Shown: in pieces, positions 23,688 through 46,295 of the stretch
How positions within the stretch are numbered: position 1 is the first letter of the stretch
Layout: each line of letters begins with the position of its first letter
From: Paragordius varius
Lineage: Eukaryota; Animalia; Nematomorpha
Length of the DNA stretch: 64,000 bases
Assembly: GCA_964247055.1 (NCBI GenBank)
Contig: OZ176050.1
Coordinates: 6,820,001 to 6,884,000 of the forward strand
Reading direction: 5' to 3'
Notes under the pieces: generated by a model
The model's database searches: none
Told to the model about the DNA's origin: nothing
The model's input: only the letters and a program-made list of their open reading frames with translations
Made by a program: the position numbers and the translations under genes

Positions 23688-26600
23688 ATGCAATATTATG
23701 TTAATATATGCTTCCCATTTTTATCATGGATTATCTTCCTAATTATCAATCCGATACCTTTATGCAAAATTTTGATATGTTGGGCTCAGTACTGTGACTC
23801 ACAAAGTAATATAATATATATAAAATTAACCAAAAAGTTTATCTAAAAGTTTTATTTAAGAATATTGGCAACTCAAAATTTTAATTATTAATGTTATATG
23901 GTACGATACGTTAAGATTGTGTTTAGCGAAATTTCCGTGCGTCAGCCTGTATTTTTGTTTTATTATTATAATGTACAAGCCATTAATATGAATTTAGATG
24001 AAAATGTAAATGGTAAAATTTAAATAAAATTGATAAAGGAGACACGGTAGTTTGCAAACCGTTATTGTAAATAAATTTTTTTATTATTTCTGATAAAGTA
24101 ATTCTATATATATATTAAGTAGTATCCTAATATCTGGAATATACCATTCCTTTTAAGTTACACATATTTCAATTAATATTCTCCATATTAAATCTGCAAA
24201 TAGCACCAATCGAAATAACAAGCATATCTTGTGACTGCCCAAATGGTTTTTATTCCGTTTATACCCCATCGGGGGCTGGTCCGTTTCGCATTTACCTGAT
24301 TGGGGATGAGAATGGCGAAGTTAAAGCAAAGTTAGGTAGATCGGGAGCATGGAACTTTGAACAAAATACACCCTTTGCAAAATTAGCGGCTCAATTTTTG
24401 TCCCAAACAGAACTAAATTTTGTGGCAGCTTTACAAGATCCAGTAATTGACATTGTCACAGATATTAATTTCAGAATAGCTCATGAATACGGGACAAATC
24501 CATCCTATTTAACTGTAAGGTTGGTGAAATTTTTCTTATTTTCAACTCTATTTTTTTTAAATGTATTTACTGAAAAAATTACATGATTTCAAACTCGTTA
24601 TTATCAATAATATTTCCCCTCATATTTTTGTTGTTATATTATTTTGTTCAAATAAATATTGTCGAATAAGGACATGCATAATATAATTTCAGGGGCACAT
24701 GGCCAGCATAGTTTCAACTGAGAATGGAATTAATAGTATTTTGGCTTCGGTTCAAAATTAATTATTATGATTTTGATTTCGCCATTATTACGGTTCCAAA
24801 GAATAGTCAATAATATTGCTCTGGTTCCATTGTGTTTTATCAATAATTCCATATTTTAATAAAATTGTAGATAACCAAATATTTTGATGCAACTTGAATG
24901 AAATCCAATAATACAAATCAAAGTTTTTTAAAACTCAAATTTAATGTAAAAAACCACGGTTTTATTTTTCCAATATATTCGAATTTTCGACATACTATTT
25001 AAATAAAAATATTTTTTTTTCGTTTGGCCATTTATTAACATTGAACTCAAAATTGCTATATCGAATCTACAACAAATAGAAATTAGAAAACAATAGACCC
25101 TTTTGCAAAAGATGCTGGGATTGAAGCCACACCCTATTTTGCACAACCGTTTTTATAATTTTGTGGAACTAAAACCAAAAACCGCTCCGGCTGCAATCCT
25201 TAATTTACTCTTAATAAAGATCCCAAAGTGGGTTTGACGAAATATCTCCCTGATATTCCTTTTTTTAGATTATATACTAATTTCTTAAATTAAAAAATAA
25301 ATAATTTTTTTGTCAAAAGTAATGATTAGCGCATCAATACTGATGTTCAGATTTGTTGAATCCATTGGACAGGTTCAACTACGAAATATTACTAATTGGC
25401 ACACTGGTGTTTCTGCAATTATTTTTAAGAAATTAAAATATCTTGTAATTTAGCATAATAAGTTGATCTGATATTTTTACATCATTAAACATTAATCTAA
25501 ACCACGGGGTTCAACATGCGCCATTTGCTAGCTGTGAAAAATTCGGAAATAAAATTGATATCTCTCAAACAAATTTCATGAATACGTCTTGTCAACGAAC
25601 TAGCAATAATGTTTGTTGCGTTAGCTTTTTACAGTACTAGGTTTAAAATTTAAGCAGATAATATATATATATATATATTTCGAATGCGGCCCACGATGTT
25701 GTTGGACATCCGTGGTCTAAACATTTAAAAAACATCATACGCTTCAATAGTCAACATTGCTTTGCTTTTTATTTTTCAACAATTTTTTGTTATTTCCCGC
25801 TATATTTACATAAATCCTAAATATATCAATATATATAGGTATCTTGAAGATTTATCAATCCCGTCCACTATATGCATGACGCACGGAAATGTTGGAGGAT
25901 ATCAAAACACTAATCTACTCTACAGGCCATCACGATCAATAATAGAATACGAAGAAGAGCAATTTGGCTATAACCCGTTTCATTCAAGAGGAACACGACC
26001 TTATCGCCCGCATAGAAGGCCTGGACAACCTTATGGTCCTCACAGAAGACCTCCAAATCCTTTTTGGCGAACAAATATTCTACCAGCCGGACAAACTGGT
26101 TACAATCCCTATGGTAATGTTATCAATCCATATGGTGCTAATAATATCGGCCAACAATCAACTTCTCTCGTGTTTGATGGTAGGAGTCAGGTAATATGTA
26201 AATCTCAGACCTCGGTATCACCGACTTCTTATACACCTTATGGGGGTAATGCAAGATCCGGAATTTGCGGTAAATGTGGAACACCCTACGCTGGACAATC
26301 TTCACCAGATTTTTTGCTCGAATCCGTAGATTTAGGGACAGTAAATGGGAATTGGTTTATATTTACTGGCTCTTACTACTATGTCTATGTAACCATCAAG
26401 AATTGTGTAAAATATTATATACAAGTTCTTTTGTGCATCAATACATGCAAAATTAATTTTCCCATAAACGGTTTTAATACGTTTTTTTCCTTGTCATTAG
26501 GCTAAATCTCCATCCCAGCCTTCAAACTCGTATCAAACCCAAATCCCTGGTTCGGTCCCAAATGAGGGTGGTGGTAGCGAGATTAGACCAGGCGGCTTCC

Positions 26601-29600
26601 CCAATGTGCAACCTAATCCCTTTACACAATTCCCGCCAAGTCCAATTCAAAGACCAATCCCAGGGTTACCTTCTCTACCGGGACAACAGCCGAACCCTTT
26701 TACCCAATTTCCGTCTCAAGGTGGAAATCGTCAACCTTTACCACCCTTTGGGGGAATCGGTGGAAATATAGGGATTCAGCCTCCTCGACAACCAAACATA
26801 CCACCAAGTATTCATTTTGTATAACAATAAATATGTTATTTTCATAATTAATATTCTGTTTTGAACAAGATACTATTTTAATTGAAATGGATGCTGTTTT
26901 ATTTTACTTATATTAAGTGGCCAGATAATATTTATTGTGTTATTTATAAAATATCCTAGATATTCCACCTAGAAGACCTCATACCCCACCACCTCCTCCA
27001 GAATCCCAAAGTAAATATTATATTAAAATAACACAACCATCATAAGTTTTTATCATTTTTAACAACCTAATATTTAAATGGCGTATGTTAAAGTAAATAG
27101 TTTTTAATAATTTTATAGGTGAGAAAATGTATTTTTTTGCCTTTTAACCTTTACCTAATAAAGAGATCACATAATATGGTGATATCAATGGAATTTAAAT
27201 ATATGTGAGAAATAAATATATAAGATGGATATTATATTGAAATTTTATTTATATAGTTGCATTTAACTACGGATAGTTTTAAATGAGGTAGGGAATATGG
27301 TCTGTTTTCCGAATTCGTTTTTCTAACAATTTAAAATCACGCCCAAAACTATTATATTTTATGCAAAATTAATGTATTACTCAAGTCAAAAGTCTCCGAC
27401 ATGGGGCGACGGCCACATAAATCTTTTATGTGGATCTCACACTTAATAACACTATAATGCTTTTAAATTTGGATATGAACCATTGTGCGAACAGCCAAAC
27501 CTCCAATTTTTTTACTCTTTTTCCTGCAATGACAAAATATTTTGTTTGTTTGTGCTTCGAGTTAATTTTGCATCTCTAACTGTCGGGAATTTCGAGAGTC
27601 TACATTTTTTAAAGGTTTTTTAAAAAAGTTTCCACCTACTTGAGAGTTTGAAAAAATTATGTCACATTATAGTTTTGGGTGTGGTAGCGAAAATTTAATT
27701 ACTTCCAAAAAATTAATAAACATATTCCATCTTTCTTTCCAAATATTTTTGTCCAAAATTTTTATATCAATATCTAAACTAAAATTATAAATTTTCTTTT
27801 TAGTAACTGATGGCTCAAATGATGACAACACTCAAACCAATGGTAAAATAATTAACAACTATTAATATATTCTAGCTATTATATTTTCTTAAACCAAACT
27901 TATTCCACAATATTTTTAAGACAATGTCGAAACAAGCGAAACCACAGAGCCGGATATTTCGGGTAACTTTATTCATAAAACATCAAAATATAATATGCAT
28001 CATATAGGTCTTTATCCGTAAATGGGGCCGGTGTTAAAAATAACCAGACCAAAAAATTTGAATATAAATTTATTCCGTGATATATAATAATAATAATTGT
28101 AGAAAACTTTAATTTGATACGAATATCAATTTTATTATAATATATATTGTTCTCACTTAATAATCCAATTTGGTGAGTTTACTTTATTTAGGTTTTATTT
28201 TATTTGATATTTTGCTAAGAATTAATCGACTGTTTTACCATAAAATGATCAAATCCAAATCCAATCCAAATATAAATTTGAAGATATTTTTACCATATCC
28301 TTATTTTGATGAACAAAGAACTTTGTTTTGTTCTCTTAAATTATTTACCCCGATAATGTCACCATACACATTAATTAAATATTTAATTGCAATTGTTTGT
28401 ATAAACAAATAAATAAATAATATAAAATAAATTTTTAAAAATAATAGATAATACACAAACTGATACTGGAGTCCCGTTTCCCAATATACCTTCGGGCCCC
28501 AGTGGGGTTTCTCTAAGTAAATTCTTACAAATTTTTAAAGTATATTGTGAACTTTATGCAAAAAACTTTTGAGAGTTATTTGTCTTGCATCATTTTATAA
28601 ACTATAAAAAAATTTAATTATTAACAATTTGTTTTGCTTAAATTATAAATAAAATATAGGGCGATTTTTTTTAAATATATTGTGATCATTTTCATTTTAC
28701 ACCCACATCATTAGAGGTTTAAATATGTTAAACTATGTGTAATCCCTTAAAAAATATTGATAAAATTAAATTTTTGAATATTCATTTTAAGCGACAAAAT
28801 ATCTTTTTTCTAATTTTTCCAGAACTTTTTTACAGATTGATTTTCAAAAAACTTTATTTTATTGCCTATCATAGTTGCTAAATCTCTAATTTAATTATAT
28901 GTTTAACAAGTTTTTCAGTCCTGTTTTTGCTTAAACAGTGGTTTGACTGAATATTTATTTAGTAACTATAAAAGCCCTTTTTATAAAGGAACATATGATC
29001 AATGGCGGGAAAATTTCATATATACATATTTTTCAGGCCAAATTTTTACTCTAAACTAAATATTGGATTCTAAGGCGTATCTGAATGCTCCTATGTCTTA
29101 CTATATCCATCGATTTCGCATACTCTTTAGTTAATAATTATAAATACAATTAAATTAGGTAAAAATACATAAAATTTTTTATTTTTTTTGGTGATTCCCG
29201 TATCATAAAAGGATTTTGCAACATTATATCAATAGGAATTTACATCTCCACAAAAGTAATTTTTCAACCAATATCTGCTTTAAATTTTTGGAATGAAATA
29301 ATGGTATAATATTTTCTTATTAAATTATATTTAGATGGTAATAATCAACAAAAACCCAGTCCAAATCCTATATCACAAGGATCTCAATCCAGAAGCAGTA
29401 ATTTTATTTTAACAAAACCATTTTTTCCAAAATTGATTAATATGAATAGTTAGGTTGTAAATCAAACTAAAACTTTTTGATTCTGAATGATTTGTATCTA
29501 GTTAACACGTAAATATTGTAATTATAAAGACAAAATGAAAAACTAAAAAATAATTTTTTTAAAAAAATCAATCATATTTTTTTCAACCTTAATTTTAAAT

Positions 29601-32600
29601 ATAACCTATCGTTAATGTCTAATAAATAGGATATCCTTATAATTTTACTGGAAGTTAAAACATATTTTATATATAAAAAATATATTTCAAGTTTATATTT
29701 AATAATGGAACTTGTCACACTATAAAAAATTGATATGATAAACTAAATTACAGTAAAAACTGAAATTATACACTGAAAACGTAAAAATATAAAGACAAAT
29801 ATTTTTTTATAAAAGACAACCATAGTTTTTTAATCTTGTTTAATATAACTGATGGTTTTAAACTGAATTCATGAAATTGATATGTAAATCGGTGAAACAA
29901 TCAATTATATATTTAACAATTCTAGTTAAATAATTTATATGAAAAAAATTCAGGTTTAATAAAAAGTATGATTGTCTTTTGAAAAAAATATTTGTCTTTT
30001 TATTTTTACGTTTTGTCCGTATAATTTCAATTTTTACTGTATATTAGGTTGGGTTTTGAAAAGATTATTTCATATTTGCAACAAATGAGTGAGTGTGTTA
30101 ATTTTTTTATTGAATAATTATTCGGATGAAAAGAATAAATTTAATTTAATGTAATACGGATGTTAAACTACGAGATCAATCGTTACTAATTAAAATTTTT
30201 GTTTTACAAATGAATCTTTATAATGTATAAATGTCTTCTTTAGGTTGTGGAGTTCCCAAAACACCTGATACCCGAAAACGCCGTCAAATAGGTTTGTACC
30301 CATTTTTTATCAGTAATGCAAGTGTCACCAAATAGTATTATATATCGATACCATTTACACCTCAAATTCTCCATTAGACATTTCAAAACCTTTAATCTTA
30401 AAAAACCCTGAATGAAAATTATAAGTTTTTGGAGTAATCTAACTCATTATTTATATAAAATATTTCATTTTTTTCTCTATTATGCCAATTTTAACCAAAG
30501 TTATATTATTTAAAAATATCAAAAACATTAGTAATTTTTGATTTCCAAGAACAGTTAATATATTTTAGGGGAATTTAAATATTGGAGGGTTAATATGAAA
30601 TTAACAAGAGTTATTTGAAATGTTCATAAATGAGTTCAAAATGTTTGAGGTGAATTAGGAGGGTGATTTGAGAGTTTTAGTGTGAAACTGAGTTACAAAT
30701 GGTAATTTTGGAAAATATAGAATATGGCTACAATGAATTTTCGCGAATGAAATCATCAAATAAAATTTCCACGAGAGTACCATTGTTGCCGAAAAATACG
30801 ACAGTAGATCAAGCTAGAATTCTGTATGGTGTCCCATCTAAAAGAGGTTCTTGGCCTTGGCAGGCAAGTATTCGACATAAAGGCATTCATTTATGTGGTG
30901 GATCCCTTGTGTCTGATAAATACGTAATTACTGCCGCACATTGTCAATTTGGAAGAAGGTATAAAACAATATTTGTTTTGTTTAAAGAGTATTGATTTAA
31001 ATTATGATTTATATATGATTTGTGTTTTATTATATATATTCCAAAAATTTTAATTTAAAACAATACTATTTTAATATATTAGAGTAAGTCTAATATTTGA
31101 ATAAAAGCTGAATATATTGGTAGCTTTGCTAACATTGTGAAATAGAAGCTATTTACATACCGCCTATCATTCTATTGCAAATTTATTATAAATAATTAGT
31201 ATTACCATGTATTTTCAAATTTAATTTTTTTGATATAGAAATCCGTCAGACGTTACCCTGAGTTTTGGAACATTATTTTCTGGTGGGGTTACCGATGAAT
31301 CGGAGCAGACAAGACGAGCTGTGCGAATTATAGAACATGAGAATTTTAACCAAGGTATAAATATGCATAGCGATATAATTTATTAGAGGTAAAATCAAAC
31401 TTATTCTATGATAAATAATATTTTTATTCAAATATTGTAAATTGTTTTGATTCCTTGAAAATTTTAATTGCAACCGTCGCCCTAAAAACATTATAAGTAT
31501 TCAAGGCTACTCTATAGTAGTCTGATTGGCTATGAAGGAATCGAAACCATGTCTGTGATCGCATTCAAAAATAACTGGTCAAAAATGCTTCAATACATGT
31601 TTATTATATAATGCAAACTAAATATAATGGTGAAAGTGTTTGATACAAATGTTAGATTTTTGAATATAACATTTAAAATGTCATTTATCAAAAGTTATTT
31701 ACCGCTACAAGCGATTTAATTGGCTAAATTCGTTTTTTTTAAATTTTTGAATAAAAAGTATAATAGTGTTTATCATTCTGAAGGACTGCATGGCAGTCAG
31801 ATTGTTTATTTTAACATTCTTTCGGGAATTGTACAGTTTATGTAAAAGATATTATACTATAATTTGGATTAAATAACCCCTTAATTGATTGACCCTTTTG
31901 AAATAATAATTATTTTGTGAATACTTAACATTCAGATATAATAAATATTAATTCCATTTATTAATTTTATTTATATTCGCTTTATAAACTTTGTGAAAAT
32001 TATCATTATTTGAATTTTTAATATCCATTTTGATTAGGTCTTAAATTTAATAATGATATTGCCATAATTGAACTGGACTCACCAGTACAGTTTACCGACT
32101 ATGTTTCCCCGATTTGTTTGCCCAATTCTGAGTATACACCTTCAATGCTGTGCTATGTTACTGGATACGGATCTACAAAAGGTTTTCTAAAAATATAATG
32201 TGTCTATATGTTTAGGGAAAAATGTATTTACTTTTGTATATTTTACTTTGAGAATAGCAAGAAATTTTTAAGGACAATTTTAAGCTTATAAAAATAAATC
32301 AAAACCATTTGGCGCCAAGTATATCCTTAACTATTTCCATGTAAATTTTTGAAAATATAAGATATGGGGAAGAAAGCACGTATAATACATGATAATTTTG
32401 AGGCTAGATTATCCATTAAGAAAAATTTTCATATGTACAGAACTACAAAAGTTTCTTGACAAATATAAATAATTAGGCACCGGTGTGGAGAATGTGTTAA
32501 ATGAGGTCGCGTTACCTATAATAACTAAATCACAATGTTTGGACCCTAACTGGTTAGGAGACAAAGTTAATGATAATATGATATGTGCCGGAGGTGGAGA

Positions 32601-33217
32601 AAAAGATTCTTGTCAAGTATGTTTGAAATTAAGAGTTTTATATTTAATTTTTTAAAGTCAATTCATGGTTAACTGTGTTAAATTTAAAAAAATACTTTAT
32701 ATTTTTTGTTAAGCCATTCTATTTGGGTTTTACCAGTTATAGACGCATTCACTCTGTTTGCTTACAATAGTACATTGAAATTAATATAAAATATTGATAT
32801 TAAACCTAAATTAGGTATAATAAAAGTGTGAAATTTTTGAATTTTATAAATCTTCATTATTAAATATTAATATATATTAGCACATATTTTAATAAAACAC
32901 AAAAAAACTATGATTCTATCCCTTATCGCAAAAATGACTACTCTGATATTAGCAATACACATAGTATGGGACTTTAAATTTGCTATAATTTTAAGTCAAA
33001 ATCTTTGTAATGAATGTAATATTTTATTTTATTTCTAAATTTAATCAAGGGGGACAGCGGTGGACCATTTCAATGTTTGGATGAATCTCAGGGCAATGTT
33101 TGGACCTTGACTGGCATAGTTTCTTGGGGTATTGATTGTGGAAAAGTCAACAAACCAGGTGTATATACCAATGTTTATCTCTACTTGGATTGGATTCAAC
33201 AAAGAATACCATTATAA
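23688..33217 (+). CDS. Multidomain trypsin-like (S1A) serine protease A, about 808 aa, 15 exons
   Basis: Exons 23688-23805, 24204-24519, 25839-26406, 26501-26807, 26960-27010, 27804-27842, 27921-27962, 28448-28516, 29335-29397, 30244-30291, 30721-30958, 31239-31354, 32038-32181, 32477-32616 and 33050-33217 are all phase-compatible (2427 nt). Features: hydrophobic N-terminus, activation site R|ILYG, TAAHC, NDIA, DSCQGDSGGP (intact triad, Asp in the S1 pocket). Confidence 0.9.
30349..30704. mobile_element. TACCATTT-family MITE in a protease A intron
   Basis: TACCATTT...AAATGGTA termini; ends 16 nt before the exon at 30721. Confidence 0.5.
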
Positions 33218-33693
33218 ACAAACATATCTCCACCTCGAAAAAAAAATAAATATATTTTTTATTATATTATGTTGGTGGACACCAAGACACCTACATACAG
33301 TTTAGCATTGTTTTCGTTTCTAAAAATGAGATTTAAATACAAAAATATCGAAAATCTTACATGTCGTAAAAAATTTACTAGGTTAGGAAAAAACAATATT
33401 GGAATTATTAATTATTGGTCGCAAGTTTAATTTATAAATCTATTTGTAAAGTAAGTTAGCAGACAAATAATAAGTTTAAATTACATATTTTATCTTCATG
33501 ATTTCGATTATTGATATCGATGAATTTAATATTGTTAACGAAAAGGTTTGAGCCTAAGGGTAATTATAAATCAAAATTTAAAACCGCGATGAATCTATAT
33601 ATATGGCTATTTTGAAGTCAAATAACAAGGTTATAAGTTATCCATAACAATGACAAGAATGCAATAATATATAAGAGATAATAGAATATATTA

Positions 33694-33994
33694 AAGGGTG
33701 GCAAACATGCGGGCCGCATGCAGCCCTCCGATACCCTATGTGTGGCCAAGAAACTGGATATTCATAATATGTAAAAATTTGCTAATAATATCAACATTTT
33801 ATAAATAATTTTTCTAAGTTTGCCTATTCAATTGGCAAGAACTAGAAATTGTTATATTGTGTTTGAATTTTACAGTTTTATATTGGAAATTCAATAAATA
33901 ATAAATGAATGCCTATATATATATATCAAATATGGTCTGCAGTTTTTTGAGTTAAAAATGCTGCCCACGTAGCCATTTGTGTTAGACACCCCTG
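33694..33994. mobile_element. hAT-like MITE
   Basis: AGGGTGGCAAAC...GACACCCCTG termini with GCGGGCCGCATGC subterminal motifs; relatives at 52829-53122, about 59700, 60494 and 63700-63760. Confidence 0.55.
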
Positions 33995-36900
33995 TATTTA
34001 ATATTTGTTTGGAATGTATTTAATTTTATAATATTTTTTAAAGTTTGGTAGGCGTTCTACCAGTGGTAGTAATATAGGGATGTTAAAAACACCCAAAAAA
34101 TGGCAAAATAATTATATATATTGGGCTTGCGTTTTTTATTTTGATAACATTTAGAACTTCGGTTGACACTTTTGATATAGTAAAAAATTATTTATTGGAT
34201 TATAAAATATAATAATTCTATATATTATAAATCAAATCTTTACCTTAAATAACTAGTGGCGGTCGAATTTTCAGAAAGAATTATGCGAACAAAAACTTGA
34301 ACCTTATACTGAAATACAACCATTTTTTTGAAATCATTTACGAAAATTATACATTAAACATCCTAAGTTACTGTATATCAAAGTACCACACATATTTGCC
34401 ACAACAACTGTTTATTATTTACACTCCCGTTTGCCATTTTATGCATGTCCACAATATACAAAGTTAATTATAGGGAAAATATAAAAAATACTGGTTAATG
34501 GCACTTAAATTGCATGTACAATAATAATTTATACGTTTAGTATTTGTTTTAAGCCTATATTTTTTAATGATATCCTATGATTTTTATTGCTATCCTATTT
34601 ATACCGATCAAAATCTTTGTATATTCACAATGTCCACAAAGTTAGCTAATATTTAACTAAATATAATTTCATACATAACAATTTCAAATACACCATATAA
34701 CCTTAATTATTAACAAAGAATTTGATTGGTGAGAAACAAAAATATTTATGTAAGCAATTACGGTTTTTTACTTCCTAAACTAAACAGTCTTTCAGTGAAA
34801 GTTATTTTATTCATTGCAACACTGACGATATTCTACTTATTATAATTTAAACCAGGGGTCACACGGCGCGCGAACTATGTGGCGACTCATATAGCAAATA
34901 ATTAATAATTCAATAATATATAAAATATTCCTAATTAAAAAAATATTTTTGATTTTCTTAATCATTGTAATGCAGAAAAGAATTTTTGATTAACTATCAT
35001 AATTTATTTCGAGTTTGAAACTATTCTTTTGAAAGTTCCTATGATTGAATTTTAATATCAAACCCTTTTCTACTGTATAAGATAAAAAACTTAAAAATTA
35101 GTAATGTAACTTCTATAGTCCTGAATTCGAAAAGCTTCAAAACTTGGGTGAGGTAATAAAAAAAATTTTCTTGACTTGCAAGTTTTTCAACTCGTGGCTT
35201 GCTTTCATGTGATACTTAAGTCAAGTGATAAAAAAATCATATGATCAAGTAAAATTTAAAGATTTTGCAAATGTGTGTAGGGCACACTTGACAGATATGG
35301 ATAGAATTATTTTGGAAGCTATTTATGTATGAGATTTAGGCTTTATATGTAATCAAAACCTTTGTTAATAATATAAATTGTTTATTTGATAATTTATGGC
35401 TAATTAACCATTCAAATTGGGTGGATACAAAAGAGAATAACTTTTTAGAAAACTGCAATATTTAGGAACAATGCATATAATAATATGCTAAATATATCAA
35501 TTCCGTGAACCTGCATAAAAATTTGATCCTCGAAATTTCTCAAAATTAATAATATATTATAATCTTTTAAGATTTTAAATCTTCGTTTAATAACGCTAAA
35601 TGTTACTTCACTTTTAACTAATGTAAAGAATTTATTTCATCATTAATTTATTTCGAATGTAATGTTGATAATCAATTAAAAATAATAGTAAGTTATTAAA
35701 CATCTTCTTATTATATTTGCAAATGGACTCCTAACAAAATGAGTAGTGTGGTAGAATAGAGAGTGTTCTAAAGGCGAATGATTTCAACAACTTAAATATT
35801 ATTACCCGGCCCAATATTTTGAAAAATGTATAATATTAAATAAGACGTACCAGTGAGTTTGAGAAAGTTCAATAAATGCATATTTATAATTTGTTTATCT
35901 TTTTATGCCTTTTTTCATAAATTTTGGGGTGGCAAAAAATGTTACATTCATAAACAAAAGATTTGACTTAAGTGTTATTTATCACCAATCTTCAAGTGTA
36001 CACTTGCTGGCTTAAAAAAACTTGTTCAACTTGTCACGCTTGACTTATAAGTCAATGCGATTTTTTTATCACCCCACCCTTGATTGAAATAAACAGGTGA
36101 TATTAAAATATAAATAAAAATTTTCCTGGTAAATTGTGATTTGAAACCTTTCCAAAGTTAATTTTTTATAAGTCAACCATAATAATCATTTATTTGCCTG
36201 TTGTATTAGAGATTTAAAAAATAAAGAAAAAAATTGCGGCGAAAAAATTTGAGGTGATAATTTTTTTATTACACATTTAACACTCCAACCAATACCTTTT
36301 GAGGTAGTAAAAAAATCCTCATCTCAAACTTTTTTCCCGCCATTTTCTCTATAAATTTTTCTAAATAGCTCATTTAGCAGGCAATAAATGTATATTATGG
36401 TTAAAAATCGTAAATAATTAACTTTAATTTCAGGGTATATTTTTTAATAGCATAACCTTGATGATATTATTTTATTTTATTATCAGCTGTTCGGTTTCAA
36501 TCGTGTTTTGGAACTGTCCCAATATTGGACTCTAAAAGAAAACTGTAAAAAATATAAGCTTTTTTTTATCTTATGCATGAGAATGTTTGATAGATAAACT
36601 AAAATAACTAAAACTATACTTCATTTAAAAATTTAACTCTGGGAAACTACCCGAAAATGTAAACTAGGACAAAATTGGAAAGGTAATCAATGTTAAAATA
36701 TTTTTTGTATCATGCGCTTAAAAGTCTAAAGAAAAAATAATTTTAGATTTGGCCCAATGCTCAATATATTAAAATAATTAAATTTAAAATTACCCTGGAG
36801 TAAACTACCCAAGGTCATAAAGTGTTAATTCAACAAAGCTCTATTATGTTGCAAAACCAATTTCAAATAATTAAACTATATTTAATTGACGATTCGCAAA

Positions 36901-37507
36901 TGTTTCAATATTGTAATGATGTTATGCCAGCCAAAAATTTATTCTGTGCCTTGATCAAAAAAAACATTCCCTTTAAAAAGTAATCATAAAAAATTTTTTC
37001 CACAATATTTATATCACTTTATTTGGGCTTTTAGAGTATCATAAATATAATAATTTTAACATTAGGTCTCTTACACGTTTCACAACTCGGGGTCCAAGAA
37101 TTTGTTCGATTCTACTCATTTTTAAGCATTTATATAAACACGAATTGCTGCCTAAACATTTTACATTTACTATGCATATCGATATTTAATTGGAACTTTG
37201 TAAACTCAGGAATAATCTATACTGTAAGAAAATTTTTTTAAAAAATAAAATACGCATATAAATTAAGAGTAATTTTTTTAGATACCACAGCAGAATAAGT
37301 AAAGTATATTAGAAACTCCCTGTAGGTCGCTGGTATTAATAAAACTTATTTAACTTTGTGCCCAAAAAAACTTCGCAATCAACGACTCACCCTAACTTTA
37401 CATATTCAAACGAAATTTATTTTTATTGATCGTCTGGTCTTAACTGTATTATCATAAACCTCACAACATTTCATTTAAAATATAACTTATAATATATTTT
37501 TATGCAG

Positions 37508-44695
<7,188 letters not shown>

Positions 44696-45667
44696 TCATT
44701 GCTCATACATTTTTATATTTTAATTTTTAAAGCATTTATTGATTTTATTGACATTGGATTAAGGAAAAAAACTATACCTTAATAAAGTTTATCAAAATTA
44801 CAACGAAAGATGACACTAGATTGTAGAGTAATATTGTAATTTAAGATATAATAGTTGGATCACAGAAGAGCTATATTGAGGGCGAGTCTAAATATGAGAT
44901 TTACTTCCTTTTCTTTTGACCAATACATCCTTTCCCATGCCCCCCGAATAAATGGATGGAATTGACATCATATCTAATGTGAGAAGTATAATTATATAGG
45001 ATCAATAAAATAAATATTTGCATAAATAATTTTCTCGATAAATTATTTTTCCCCTAAAATATAAAATCACGATAATTTTTACAAATTTCACATGTAGAGA
45101 AAATTTGAATTTAATTTATATGGGTAAATAATTGGGTAACAAGTTAAGAAAATTCAACCTTCTCGGCTAGGTAATTCATAATGATGATCATGGAATATTT
45201 GACTAGTTTTAAGGATAAATTCCGCTAAAATCTTCATATTGTAAAAACGAAATGTTCAATACATAAAAATTATTAACTAATATTTCGAAAGATGGAAATT
45301 AGTATATGGATTTAAATGTTTATACAAGTGTTTTAGGTAAGGCAATCGTTGAGATTTTTAATATAGTAAATCATATAAATATATTTAATAAATATTTTGG
45401 CACACCTTTACGCTTCAAACTACTACCAAAATTCAATCTAAATAATTACCCGATATGTATAAATTTAATCATTATACATCTATCTACCTTACTTATTGAT
45501 GACTAAACCAAACAAAAAGTAAAAACTACTTAGTCATGGTACATTTTGCATGATAAATAAATGTGTGCGTGTAATGATGTGACATATCCATTTTATAATT
45601 TTAAATAAAGACATTTGTCTGTGAAATAAAACATTCTGAAGTTAAATGTATTTTATTATTAGTACAA

Positions 45668-46295
45668 TCAAACAATCATTTGGTTAAAGTAAATAGAAAT
45701 ATTATTGTTTATATGGGTTGCTTGATTAGAACAAATTGATTGAACAATATAGCCTGAAAAAAAATACCAAACATAATTGTGCTGACATACATGGCATTTT
45801 TACTCTATTAACCAATTCAAGGACCCATAAGAAAATAATGGGGCGATTTACAGCATATATTGTTGATAGCCTAAATAAAAAACCCTCGTATATAAATATA
45901 AGCTAAAATAGTCAATTTTTCAAAAGTATGCCTTTTTAAAAAAAATATCTGAAAATTATTTTTTGGAATTTACACTTCAAGTATATCAAACCCACTCTCA
46001 TCATTTAAGGAATTCAGGATTGAATTAAAACTATACTTTAAATTTGAATGCGTCATAGCTTTCCCAAAAATTTGTAACGAAACGGTTTTTTGGGACCTGC
46101 ACCAAAAACCCATTTGTACAGGTAGTGGAGCGTAACACATAAGCTTTCTCAAAAACCTATGATATGATCGGATTTATTGGGAATTAAAAAATTAGTCAAT
46201 TTGATTTATACATATCTTGCATATTGATAAAGCCGACATTCTGTGTTTTTACTTTATAGATGGTGAAATAGGAAATAGAATTAAATTCTTTCTTA
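45668..46295 (-). CDS. Candidate 3' exons of an unidentified gene (approx. 46295-46212, 46156-46037, 45870-45791, 45753-45668)
   Basis: Three GT-AG junctions (55, 166 and 37 nt) keep one open frame, ...FINMQD|MFLRKLMCYAPLPVQMGFWCRSQKTV...|KLSTIYAVNRPIIFLWVLELVNRVKMP|CYIVQSICSN...*. I recognise no family, and an alternative frame is possible. Confidence 0.35.

Noticed and set aside
37281-37297. Possible 17-nt micro-exon upstream of protease B
   Set aside because: No upstream ATG or signal-peptide exon could be linked in phase.
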